Assembly: GCF_000009045.1 (NCBI RefSeq)
Contig: NC_000964.3
Coordinates: forward strand, 330,001-362,000
From: Bacillus subtilis subsp. subtilis str. 168
Lineage (GTDB): Bacteria > Bacillota > Bacilli > Bacillales > Bacillaceae
Direction of reading: 5' to 3'
DNA length: 32,000 nt
Shown: positions 10,615 to 18,723 of the stretch, in pieces
How positions within the stretch are numbered: position 1 is the stretch's first letter
Layout of the letters: each line of letters starts with the position of its first letter
Translations under genes and position numbers: made by a program
Notes under the pieces: generated by a model
Database searches by the model: none
Told to the model about the DNA's origin: nothing
The model's input: the letters and a program-made list of their open reading frames with translations, nothing else

Positions 10615-11374
10615 ATCGTTTTATCCCTTGTATCAAAATCGCTTTTAAACAAAAGGAGATGGGCTGTCCGTTTTGGTTCAATGTAATACAGAACGTGTCG
10701 CGTGCTTCGTCTGATGCGTGATTCAAGTGGGTAATGATTTGTTTTTCTCGGTCAGCGGGGGTTCCGCCTCGTTTGATCCAGCTATCGTATTGAATCGGCA
10801 AGTTCCACTTTTGGATGTCTTGATAGGCCAGTTGATTGGCGCTGAACATCGCCTGCCATTCTGATAATGAGCTTTCACGAACATGGGAAGGGTCTCGAAG
10901 CCGGTTCAAATGATTGACAAACTCATCAAGAACGGGATCTTCAGGCGCGTAATGATCAACTAAGAGAAAACGTCCGTCCTGTTTTAGTACGCGTGCAACC
11001 TCTCTGACAGCTTTGCGGACATCTGAAAAATGGTGGGCTGCGTATCGGCAGGTGATGATGTCAAATGAATCGTCGGGGAAGGGGAGTGACTCTGCCGTTC
11101 CTTGCTGAAAGCGTACGTTTTCAACTCCTTTTTCTTGCGCGAAGGAGGACGCAACCTCAACCATCTCTTTCGTTGCATCAACACCGATGCACTCCTGTAC
11201 ATAAGGAGAAAATGCCAGCGCCGTATGGCCGGCGCCCGCTCCTATATCCAGCACTCGATGCTCTGCCCGGCATTCCGCTGTTTTGATCATCAACCCCAAA
11301 TCTTCCCCCTCGGCAAATACCTTTTCATCCCGATACATCTCGGCGTTTTTAGAAAACGGTGTTTCATTTGTCAT
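10613..11374 (-). CDS. ycgJ: SAM-dependent methyltransferase (UbiE/Coq5-like)
   Basis: ATG at 11374 preceded by GAAGGAGC (reverse strand) gives 253 aa. Motif I VLDIGAGAGHTALAF, later DIITCRYAAHHF. The upstream part of the 352-aa ORF is not supported. Confidence 0.9.
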   Translation of the reverse strand: MTNETPFSKNAEMYRDEKVFAEGEDLGLMIKTAECRAEHRVLDIGAGAGHTALAFSPYVQECIGVDATKEMVEVASSFAQEKGVENVRFQQGTAESLPFPDDSFDIITCRYAAHHFSDVRKAVREVARVLKQDGRFLLVDHYAPEDPVLDEFVNHLNRLRDPSHVRESSLSEWQAMFSANQLAYQDIQKWNLPIQYDSWIKRGGTPADREKQIITHLNHASDEARDTFCITLNQNGQPISFCLKAILIQGIKR

Positions 11375-11466
11375 TTGAACCAGCTCCTTCTTTTCGTAAA
11401 TGATGATATGGATTATGTTAGCAATTTCTGTTATGATTCGTCCAAGATATAAAAATGATGAAAATG

Positions 11467-11481
11467 ATAGGTTCAACCTAT
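11467..11481. promoter_or_regulatory. Candidate LysR-type operator between divergent ycgJ and ycgK
   Basis: ATAGGTTcAACCTAT palindrome containing T-N11-A, directly upstream of a LysR-type gene. Confidence 0.45.
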
Positions 11482-11491
11482 GGAGGCTGAA

Positions 11492-12466
11492 ATGGATATT
11501 AAAGTGATGGAATATGCAGCGGAAATTGCCCGGCGCCAAAGCTTTACAAAGGCGGCGGAACATCTTCATATCGCACAGCCGTCTCTCAGCCAGCAAATCA
11601 AAAAGCTTGAGGCTGAGCTGGGGCTTACCCTTTTTCACAGATCCCATGGCTCTGTTACACTGACACCTCACGGCAGGCGTTTCATTGAAAAAGCCGAGGA
11701 CATCATTCGTTCCAGAGATGATTTGCTTCGGGAAATGCAGGAGCGATCACAGGGAATCGGTCATAAATTATCCATCGGGATTCCTGCTGTAACAGGGAGA
11801 TATCTCTTTCCTCCGCTGCTGAAGCAGTTTTTGGCGCGCTATCCTCATGTGGAGGTTCAGCTTGTTGAAAAAGATCCGGTTTCATTAGAGAAGATGACGG
11901 CAAAGGGAGAAGTTGACCTTTCTGTTTTATCCTTGCCCATCGAGGATGAACGGCTCTCCATTACACCCTTGCTCACGGAACCGGTTGTTCTCGCGGTGCC
12001 GAAGGAAAAACAAAGGTGGATGCCGCCGGAATTGGTCGCGCTGATTGAGAAAGCGCTGGAAGAAGATGAGGGACGCCAGCCGTGTGTGCCGATTGACATG
12101 GTAAGGAACGTGCCCTTTATTCTGTTAAAAGAAGGCTTCGGCTTTCGCAGGACAGTTCTCGATCTCTGTGCGGAAAGCGGCTTTAAGCCGAATGCTGCCT
12201 TTAAGACGAGCCATATTGAAACCGCCCAATCTCTTGTGGCTAACGGATTAGGTGTGACAATGGCACCGAATATGGTCAGAAGGGATAAAGATCCGGGTGT
12301 GATCTATTTATCGATTCAATCCGCGCCATCACGAACCCTCGTCTTTGTCTTTTTAAAGAACCGCTATGTCAGTCTGACGGCCCAGGCCTTTATGGAACTA
12401 AGCCGGGAAAGTCTTAAACAAACGTTTGATGAAGGCTGTCTGGGAAACAAAGATGAAAATATTTAG
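11492..12466 (+). CDS. ycgK: LysR-family transcriptional regulator
   Basis: ATG 11492 with GGAGG upstream gives 324 aa. LysR HTH: ARRQSFTKAAEHLHIAQPSLSQQIKKLEAELGLTLFHR. Confidence 0.93.
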   Translation: MDIKVMEYAAEIARRQSFTKAAEHLHIAQPSLSQQIKKLEAELGLTLFHRSHGSVTLTPHGRRFIEKAEDIIRSRDDLLREMQERSQGIGHKLSIGIPAVTGRYLFPPLLKQFLARYPHVEVQLVEKDPVSLEKMTAKGEVDLSVLSLPIEDERLSITPLLTEPVVLAVPKEKQRWMPPELVALIEKALEEDEGRQPCVPIDMVRNVPFILLKEGFGFRRTVLDLCAESGFKPNAAFKTSHIETAQSLVANGLGVTMAPNMVRRDKDPGVIYLSIQSAPSRTLVFVFLKNRYVSLTAQAFMELSRESLKQTFDEGCLGNKDENI

Positions 12467-12537
12467 AAAACAAAGACGAAACGTGGTAGTATAGGAATAC
12501 AAACTAAATCTTATAAAACAAAGGGGAATAATCGGAA

Positions 12538-13494
12538 ATGCAACTATTCGATCTGCCGCTCGACCAATTGCAAACATATAAGCCTGAAAAAACAGCACCG
12601 AAAGATTTTTCTGAGTTTTGGAAATTGTCTTTGGAGGAACTTGCAAAAGTCCAAGCAGAACCTGATTTACAGCCGGTTGACTATCCTGCTGACGGAGTAA
12701 AAGTGTACCGTCTCACATATAAAAGCTTCGGAAACGCCCGCATTACCGGATGGTACGCGGTGCCTGACAAGGAAGGCCCGCATCCGGCGATCGTGAAATA
12801 TCATGGCTACAATGCAAGCTATGATGGTGAGATTCATGAAATGGTAAACTGGGCACTCCATGGCTACGCCACATTCGGCATGCTTGTCCGCGGCCAGCAG
12901 AGCAGCGAGGATACGAGTATTTCACCGCACGGTCACGCTTTGGGCTGGATGACGAAAGGAATTCTTGATAAAGATACATACTATTACCGCGGTGTTTATT
13001 TGGACGCCGTCCGCGCGCTTGAGGTCATCAGCAGCTTCGACGAGGTTGACGAAACAAGGATCGGTGTGACAGGAGGAAGCCAAGGCGGAGGTTTAACCAT
13101 TGCCGCAGCAGCGCTGTCAGACATTCCAAAAGCCGCGGTTGCCGATTATCCTTATTTAAGCAACTTCGAACGGGCCATTGATGTGGCGCTTGAACAGCCG
13201 TACCTTGAAATCAATTCCTTCTTCAGAAGAAATGGCAGCCCGGAAACAGAAGTGCAGGCGATGAAGACACTTTCATATTTCGATATTATGAATCTCGCTG
13301 ACCGAGTGAAGGTGCCTGTCCTGATGTCAATCGGCCTGATTGACAAGGTCACGCCGCCGTCCACCGTGTTTGCCGCCTACAATCATTTGGAAACAAAGAA
13401 AGAGCTGAAGGTGTACCGCTACTTCGGACATGAGTATATCCCTGCTTTTCAAACTGAAAAACTTGCTTTCTTTAAGCAGCATCTTAAAGGCTGA
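12538..13494 (+). CDS. cah: Cephalosporin-C deacetylase / acetyl xylan esterase (alpha/beta hydrolase)
   Basis: 318-aa ORF with nucleophile motif GVTGGSQGGG and C-terminal GHEY. Recognised as B. subtilis Cah. Confidence 0.96.
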   Translation: MQLFDLPLDQLQTYKPEKTAPKDFSEFWKLSLEELAKVQAEPDLQPVDYPADGVKVYRLTYKSFGNARITGWYAVPDKEGPHPAIVKYHGYNASYDGEIHEMVNWALHGYATFGMLVRGQQSSEDTSISPHGHALGWMTKGILDKDTYYYRGVYLDAVRALEVISSFDEVDETRIGVTGGSQGGGLTIAAAALSDIPKAAVADYPYLSNFERAIDVALEQPYLEINSFFRRNGSPETEVQAMKTLSYFDIMNLADRVKVPVLMSIGLIDKVTPPSTVFAAYNHLETKKELKVYRYFGHEYIPAFQTEKLAFFKQHLKG

Positions 13495-13502
13495 TAAATG
13501 TG

Positions 13503-13535
13503 AAAAGCCGCCGCATATCATCAGGCGGTTTTTTT
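13503..13535 (+). terminator. Intrinsic terminator of cah
   Basis: GCCGCC-gcatatcatca-GGCGGTTTTTTT. Confidence 0.8.
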
Positions 13536-13577
13536 CTGCAAACTGCCGGAATGAGAACAGACTGGAGACGAATAGAT

Positions 13578-14360
13578 ATGAAACAAAGAATCATTGATGA
13601 ATTAAAACGGATCGAGCAGTCATACGGAGTCAAAATCGTGTATGCCGTCGAGTCAGGAAGCCGCGCATGGGGATTTCCCTCGCAGGATAGTGATTACGAC
13701 GTCCGCTTTATTTATGTTCCGAAAAAGGAGTGGTACTTTTCAATTGAGCAGGAGCGTGATGTCATTGAGGAACCGATTCACGATTTGCTGGATATCAGCG
13801 GCTGGGAGCTGAGAAAAACGCTTCGGCTTTTCAAAAAGTCAAACCCTCCGCTACTCGAATGGCTGTCCTCAGACATTGTGTATTATGAAGCATTTACGAC
13901 CGCAGAGCAGTTAAGAAAACTCCGCACGGAGGCATTTAAGCCTGAAGCAAGCGTGTATCACTATATCAATATGGCGAGAAGGAACGTCAAGGATTATCTA
14001 CAAGGACAAGAGGTCAAAATTAAAAAGTACTTCTACGTTCTTCGGCCTATTTTGGCCTGCCAATGGATTGAAAAGCACGGAACCATACCGCCAATGGACT
14101 TTACTGTTTTGATGAATGAACTTGTTGCTGAACCCGAGCTGAAGGCTGAAATGGAAACCTTGCTTGAACGGAAAAGAAGAGGGGAAGAGCTTGACCTCGA
14201 AGCAAGAATCGATGTTATTCACCAATTCATTGAAACGGAAATCGAAAGAATCATGGAAGCGGCAAAAGAACTGAAGGCAGAGAAAAAAGATATGACATCT
14301 GAATTGAACCGTTTGCTTTTGAATACGGTTGAAGAAGTGTGGAAGGATGGAGGAAGCTGA
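13578..14360 (+). CDS. ycgL: Predicted nucleotidyltransferase (pol-beta fold, YcgL/RlaP-like)
   Basis: 260 aa from ATG 13578. Minimal NTase signature GSRAWGFPSQDSDYDVRFIYV (GS-x10-DxD). Confidence 0.88.
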   Translation: MKQRIIDELKRIEQSYGVKIVYAVESGSRAWGFPSQDSDYDVRFIYVPKKEWYFSIEQERDVIEEPIHDLLDISGWELRKTLRLFKKSNPPLLEWLSSDIVYYEAFTTAEQLRKLRTEAFKPEASVYHYINMARRNVKDYLQGQEVKIKKYFYVLRPILACQWIEKHGTIPPMDFTVLMNELVAEPELKAEMETLLERKRRGEELDLEARIDVIHQFIETEIERIMEAAKELKAEKKDMTSELNRLLLNTVEEVWKDGGS

Positions 14361-14385
14361 TGTTTTTTGTCGCTTCCTTTTCTCC
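14351..14385 (+). terminator. Probable intrinsic terminator overlapping the ycgL stop codon
   Basis: AGGAAGC-N14-GCTTCCT followed by TTTCTCCTTT. Confidence 0.5.
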
Positions 14386-14426
14386 TTTATTCGACAGAAT
14401 CCCCCCCCGACTTTCTAACTATCTGA

Positions 14427-14443
14427 TTGTGGCAAACCCACAA
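14427..14443. promoter_or_regulatory. Inverted repeat upstream of putB, candidate regulator (PutR) or other operator site
   Basis: TTGTGG-CAAAC-CCACAA, perfect 6-bp arms. Confidence 0.4.
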
Positions 14444-14489
14444 AAATAATCAGAATCTTTGTATTTTGAGAATATTGTGAACGCTGGTT

Positions 14490-14517
14490 TTGTCCATTTA
14501 CAATAAACTCATACAAA
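14490..14517 (+). promoter_or_regulatory. Candidate sigma-A promoter of the putBCP operon
   Basis: TTGTCC-N16-TACAAA, 34 nt upstream of the putB start. Confidence 0.45.
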
Positions 14518-14550
14518 TACTTCTTAGATTGCGGGGTGTTGAGGTTGGAA

Positions 14551-15462
14551 GTGATCACAAGAGATTTTTTCTTATTTTTATCCAAAAGCGGCTTTCTCAA
14601 TAAAATGGCGAGGAACTGGGGAAGTCGGGTAGCAGCGGGTAAAATTATCGGCGGGAATGACTTTAACAGTTCAATCCCGACCATTCGACAGCTTAACAGC
14701 CAAGGCTTGTCAGTTACTGTCGATCATTTAGGCGAGTTTGTGAACAGCGCCGAGGTCGCACGGGAGCGTACGGAAGAGTGCATTCAAACCATTGCGACCA
14801 TCGCGGATCAGGAGCTGAACTCACACGTTTCTTTAAAAATGACGTCTTTAGGTTTGGATATAGATATGGATTTGGTGTATGAAAATATGACAAAAATCCT
14901 TCAGACGGCCGAGAAACATAAAATCATGGTCACCATTGACATGGAGGACGAAGTCAGATGCCAGAAAACGCTTGATATTTTCAAAGATTTCAGAAAGAAA
15001 TACGAGCATGTGAGCACAGTGCTGCAAGCCTATCTGTACCGGACGGAAAAAGACATTGACGATTTGGATTCTTTAAACCCGTTCCTTCGCCTTGTAAAAG
15101 GAGCTTATAAAGAATCAGAAAAAGTAGCTTTCCCGGAGAAAAGCGATGTCGATGAAAATTACAAAAAAATCATCCGAAAGCAGCTCTTAAACGGTCACTA
15201 TACAGCGATTGCCACACATGACGACAAAATGATCGACTTTACAAAGCAGCTTGCCAAGGAACATGGCATTGCCAATGACAAGTTTGAATTTCAGATGCTG
15301 TACGGCATGCGGTCGCAAACCCAGCTCAGCCTCGTAAAAGAAGGTTATAACATGAGAGTCTACCTGCCATACGGCGAGGATTGGTACGGCTACTTTATGA
15401 GACGCCTTGCAGAACGTCCGTCAAACATTGCATTTGCTTTCAAAGGAATGACAAAGAAGTAA
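14551..15462 (+). CDS. putB: Proline dehydrogenase
   Basis: GTG 14551 with GAGG upstream gives 303 aa ([23 protein letters not shown]...). Typical ProDH C-terminus ([10 protein letters not shown]...[22 protein letters not shown]). Confidence 0.95.
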   Translation: MITRDFFLFLSKSGFLNKMARNWGSRVAAGKIIGGNDFNSSIPTIRQLNSQGLSVTVDHLGEFVNSAEVARERTEECIQTIATIADQELNSHVSLKMTSLGLDIDMDLVYENMTKILQTAEKHKIMVTIDMEDEVRCQKTLDIFKDFRKKYEHVSTVLQAYLYRTEKDIDDLDSLNPFLRLVKGAYKESEKVAFPEKSDVDENYKKIIRKQLLNGHYTAIATHDDKMIDFTKQLAKEHGIANDKFEFQMLYGMRSQTQLSLVKEGYNMRVYLPYGEDWYGYFMRRLAERPSNIAFAFKGMTKK

Positions 15463-15478
15463 AAAAGGAGAGATTATC

Positions 15479-17026
15479 ATGACAACACCTTACAAACACG
15501 AGCCATTCACAAATTTCCAAGATCAAAACAACGTGGAAGCGTTTAAAAAAGCGCTTGCGACAGTAAGCGAATATTTAGGAAAAGACTATCCGCTTGTCAT
15601 TAACGGCGAGAGAGTGGAAACGGAAGCGAAAATCGTTTCAATCAACCCAGCTGATAAAGAAGAAGTCGTCGGCCGAGTGTCAAAAGCGTCTCAAGAGCAC
15701 GCTGAGCAAGCGATTCAAGCGGCTGCAAAAGCATTTGAAGAGTGGAGATACACGTCTCCTGAAGAGAGAGCGGCTGTCCTGTTCCGCGCTGCTGCCAAAG
15801 TCCGCAGAAGAAAACATGAATTCTCAGCTTTGCTTGTGAAAGAAGCAGGAAAGCCTTGGAACGAGGCGGATGCCGATACGGCTGAAGCGATTGACTTCAT
15901 GGAGTATTATGCACGCCAAATGATCGAACTGGCAAAAGGCAAACCGGTCAACAGCCGTGAAGGCGAGAAAAACCAATATGTATACACGCCGACTGGAGTG
16001 ACAGTCGTTATCCCGCCTTGGAACTTCTTGTTTGCGATCATGGCAGGCACAACAGTGGCGCCGATCGTTACTGGAAACACAGTGGTTCTGAAACCTGCGA
16101 GTGCTACACCTGTTATTGCAGCAAAATTTGTTGAGGTGCTTGAAGAGTCCGGATTGCCAAAAGGCGTAGTCAACTTTGTTCCGGGAAGCGGAGCGGAAGT
16201 AGGCGACTATCTTGTTGACCATCCGAAAACAAGCCTTATCACATTTACGGGATCAAGAGAAGTTGGTACGAGAATTTTCGAACGCGCGGCGAAGGTTCAG
16301 CCGGGCCAGCAGCATTTAAAGCGTGTCATCGCTGAAATGGGCGGTAAAGATACGGTTGTTGTTGATGAGGATGCGGACATTGAATTAGCGGCTCAATCGA
16401 TCTTTACTTCAGCATTCGGCTTTGCGGGACAAAAATGCTCTGCAGGTTCACGTGCAGTAGTTCATGAAAAAGTGTATGATCAAGTATTAGAGCGTGTCAT
16501 TGAAATTACGGAATCAAAAGTAACAGCTAAACCTGACAGTGCAGATGTTTATATGGGACCTGTCATTGACCAAGGTTCTTATGATAAAATTATGAGCTAT
16601 ATTGAGATCGGAAAACAGGAAGGGCGTTTAGTAAGCGGCGGTACTGGTGATGATTCGAAAGGATACTTCATCAAACCGACGATCTTCGCTGACCTTGATC
16701 CGAAAGCAAGACTCATGCAGGAAGAAATTTTCGGACCTGTCGTTGCATTTTGTAAAGTGTCAGACTTTGATGAAGCTTTAGAAGTGGCAAACAATACTGA
16801 ATATGGTTTGACAGGCGCGGTTATCACAAACAACCGCAAGCACATCGAGCGTGCGAAACAGGAATTCCATGTCGGAAACCTATACTTCAACCGCAACTGT
16901 ACAGGTGCTATCGTCGGCTACCATCCGTTTGGCGGCTTCAAAATGTCGGGAACGGATTCAAAAGCAGGCGGGCCGGATTACTTGGCTCTGCATATGCAAG
17001 CAAAAACAATCAGTGAAATGTTCTAA
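15479..17026 (+). CDS. putC: 1-pyrroline-5-carboxylate dehydrogenase
   Basis: 515-aa ALDH-superfamily ORF with P5CDH motifs ([31 protein letters not shown]). AGGAGA upstream of the ATG. Confidence 0.96.
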   Translation: MTTPYKHEPFTNFQDQNNVEAFKKALATVSEYLGKDYPLVINGERVETEAKIVSINPADKEEVVGRVSKASQEHAEQAIQAAAKAFEEWRYTSPEERAAVLFRAAAKVRRRKHEFSALLVKEAGKPWNEADADTAEAIDFMEYYARQMIELAKGKPVNSREGEKNQYVYTPTGVTVVIPPWNFLFAIMAGTTVAPIVTGNTVVLKPASATPVIAAKFVEVLEESGLPKGVVNFVPGSGAEVGDYLVDHPKTSLITFTGSREVGTRIFERAAKVQPGQQHLKRVIAEMGGKDTVVVDEDADIELAAQSIFTSAFGFAGQKCSAGSRAVVHEKVYDQVLERVIEITESKVTAKPDSADVYMGPVIDQGSYDKIMSYIEIGKQEGRLVSGGTGDDSKGYFIKPTIFADLDPKARLMQEEIFGPVVAFCKVSDFDEALEVANNTEYGLTGAVITNNRKHIERAKQEFHVGNLYFNRNCTGAIVGYHPFGGFKMSGTDSKAGGPDYLALHMQAKTISEMF

Positions 17027-17034
17027 GCGGGACT

Positions 17035-17067
17035 AAATGGGCATCCTCCCTGCGGGGGTGTCCATTT
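17035..17067 (+). other. Intercistronic hairpin between putC and putP, without a T-run
   Basis: AAATGGGCATCCTCCCTGCGGGGGTGTCCATTT folds as a long imperfect stem. The next bases are CATCCATATAC, so it is not a classical terminator. Confidence 0.6.
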
Positions 17068-17140
17068 CATCCATATACTATAAAAAAGAGGAGGAAGTGC
17101 CATAGAAAACACACAGCTGATTATTTCGATTTGTATTTAT

Positions 17141-18571
17141 ATGGCGGGAATGCTGCTAATCGGCTACTTTGCTTACAAGCGTACGTCGAATCTGACGGAT
17201 TATATGCTGGGAGGACGCTCTTTGGGTCCGGCAGTAACCGCTCTCAGTGCCGGCGCTGCCGATATGAGCGGCTGGCTGCTAATGGGGCTTCCGGGCGCCA
17301 TGTTTTCTACTGGTCTGAGCGGCGCTTGGATCGTCATCGGACTTTGCCTTGGAGCGTGGGCGAACTGGCTTTACGTCGCACCACGGCTGAGAACCTATAC
17401 TGAAAAAGCGGGGAATTCTATTACAATTCCCGGATTCCTGGAAAATCGCTTCGGAGATCAAACAAAGCTTCTCAGACTGTTTTCGGGAATTGTCATTTTA
17501 GTCTTTTTCACGTTTTATGTATCGTCCGGAATGGTGTCCGGCGGCGTCTTATTCAACAGCATCTTGGGGATGGATTATCACACCGGCCTGTGGATTGTGA
17601 CGGGTGTTGTTGTGGCATATACCCTGTTTGGCGGCTTTTTGGCAGTCAGCTGGACAGATTTTGTTCAGGGGATTATTATGTTTGCCGCACTCATTCTTGT
17701 GCCGATCGTTACGTTTTTCCACACGGGAGGAGCAGGTGATACAGTTGCTGAAATCCGCTCTGTAGATCCTGATATGTTTAATATTTTCAAAGGAACGAGC
17801 GTCCTTGGCATTATTTCTTTGTTTGCCTGGGGGCTGGGATACTTTGGCCAGCCGCATATTATTGTGCGTTTTATGGCGATAACGTCTGTCAAAGAGATCA
17901 AAAGAGCGCGCAGAATTGGGATGGGCTGGATGATTTTGTCTGCAGTAGGCGCAGTGCTGACCGGTTTGGGCGGAATCGCTTATTACCATCAGCGCGGCAT
18001 GACACTGAAGGACCCAGAGACGATTTTTATTCAATTAGGGAATATCTTGTTCCATCCGATTATCACGGGTTTTCTGATTTCAGCGATTTTGGCCGCGATT
18101 ATGAGTACAATTTCTTCCCAGCTGCTTGTGACATCAAGCTCTCTGGTAGAAGATTTGTATAAGTCGATGTTCAGACGCTCAGCTTCAGATAAAGAACTGG
18201 TGTTTTTAGGCCGACTGGCTGTTCTGGCTGTTTCAATTGTCGCGTTGGTTCTGGCTTGGGAGAAAAATAACACCATCCTTGGATTGGTCAGCTACGCGTG
18301 GGCGGGCTTCGGTGCATCATTCGGGCCAGTTGTACTGCTCAGTCTGTTTTGGAAACGAATGACCAAATGGGGGGCACTCGCCGGCATGATTGTGGGAGCA
18401 GCGACTGTAATCATTTGGGCGAATGCCGGTCTTTCGGACTTTCTGTATGAAATGATACCTGGTTTTGCTGCGAGTCTATTATCTGTCTTTTTTGTCAGCA
18501 TATTGACGCAGGCTCCGTCACAAGCTGTCACAGACCAGTTCAACGACTACCAAGATACAATGTCGCAATAA
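17141..18571 (+). CDS. putP: High-affinity sodium/proline symporter (SSS family); the true 5' end probably extends upstream to about 17102
   Basis: 476-aa ORF MAGMLLIGYFAYKRTSNLTDYMLGGRSLGPAVTALSAGAADMSGWLLMGLPGA... In-frame sequence upstream of 17141 also encodes conserved TM1 residues (see findings). Confidence 0.95.
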   Translation: MAGMLLIGYFAYKRTSNLTDYMLGGRSLGPAVTALSAGAADMSGWLLMGLPGAMFSTGLSGAWIVIGLCLGAWANWLYVAPRLRTYTEKAGNSITIPGFLENRFGDQTKLLRLFSGIVILVFFTFYVSSGMVSGGVLFNSILGMDYHTGLWIVTGVVVAYTLFGGFLAVSWTDFVQGIIMFAALILVPIVTFFHTGGAGDTVAEIRSVDPDMFNIFKGTSVLGIISLFAWGLGYFGQPHIIVRFMAITSVKEIKRARRIGMGWMILSAVGAVLTGLGGIAYYHQRGMTLKDPETIFIQLGNILFHPIITGFLISAILAAIMSTISSQLLVTSSSLVEDLYKSMFRRSASDKELVFLGRLAVLAVSIVALVLAWEKNNTILGLVSYAWAGFGASFGPVVLLSLFWKRMTKWGALAGMIVGAATVIIWANAGLSDFLYEMIPGFAASLLSVFFVSILTQAPSQAVTDQFNDYQDTMSQ

Positions 18572-18577
18572 AGATCG

Positions 18578-18623
18578 AAAGGAGGAGGAAGGGGCTGTCC
18601 CTTTTTCCTCTTTTCTCCTTTTA
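18578..18623 (+). terminator. Possible imperfect-stem terminator downstream of putP
   Basis: AAAGGAGGAGGAAGGGG-ctgt-CCCTTTTTCCTCTTTTCTCCTTTT: purine-rich arm opposite pyrimidine-rich arm, with bulges. Confidence 0.5.
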
Positions 18624-18641
18624 AGCGGCCATTTTTTTCTT

Positions 18642-18670
18642 TTGGAAACAAACGTATTTTTTTCTATACA
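18642..18670 (+). promoter_or_regulatory. Candidate sigma-A promoter of putR
   Basis: TTGGAA-N17-TATACA, about 55 nt upstream of the putR ATG. Confidence 0.65.
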
Positions 18671-18723
18671 AAAAGACCCCGTATGGATATGATTAAAGTA
18701 AAAAAAGTATAGGAGAAAAAGGT

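Noticed and set aside
11375-11671. 99-codon N-terminal extension of the ycgJ ORF, overlapping ycgK on the opposite strand
   Set aside because: Covers the intergenic region and the start of ycgK. ATG 11374 has an excellent SD and yields a normal-sized methyltransferase.
14401-14408. C8 homopolymer as proof of phase variation
   Set aside because: Only one sequence is available and the tract is intergenic, so variation cannot be inferred. Kept only as an item to check.
17097-17105. GTG at 17097 as the putP start, possibly with a frameshift
   Set aside because: It is out of frame with putP and terminates after one codon (GTG CCA TAG). No frameshift signal is visible. The ATA or variant-start explanation is simpler.
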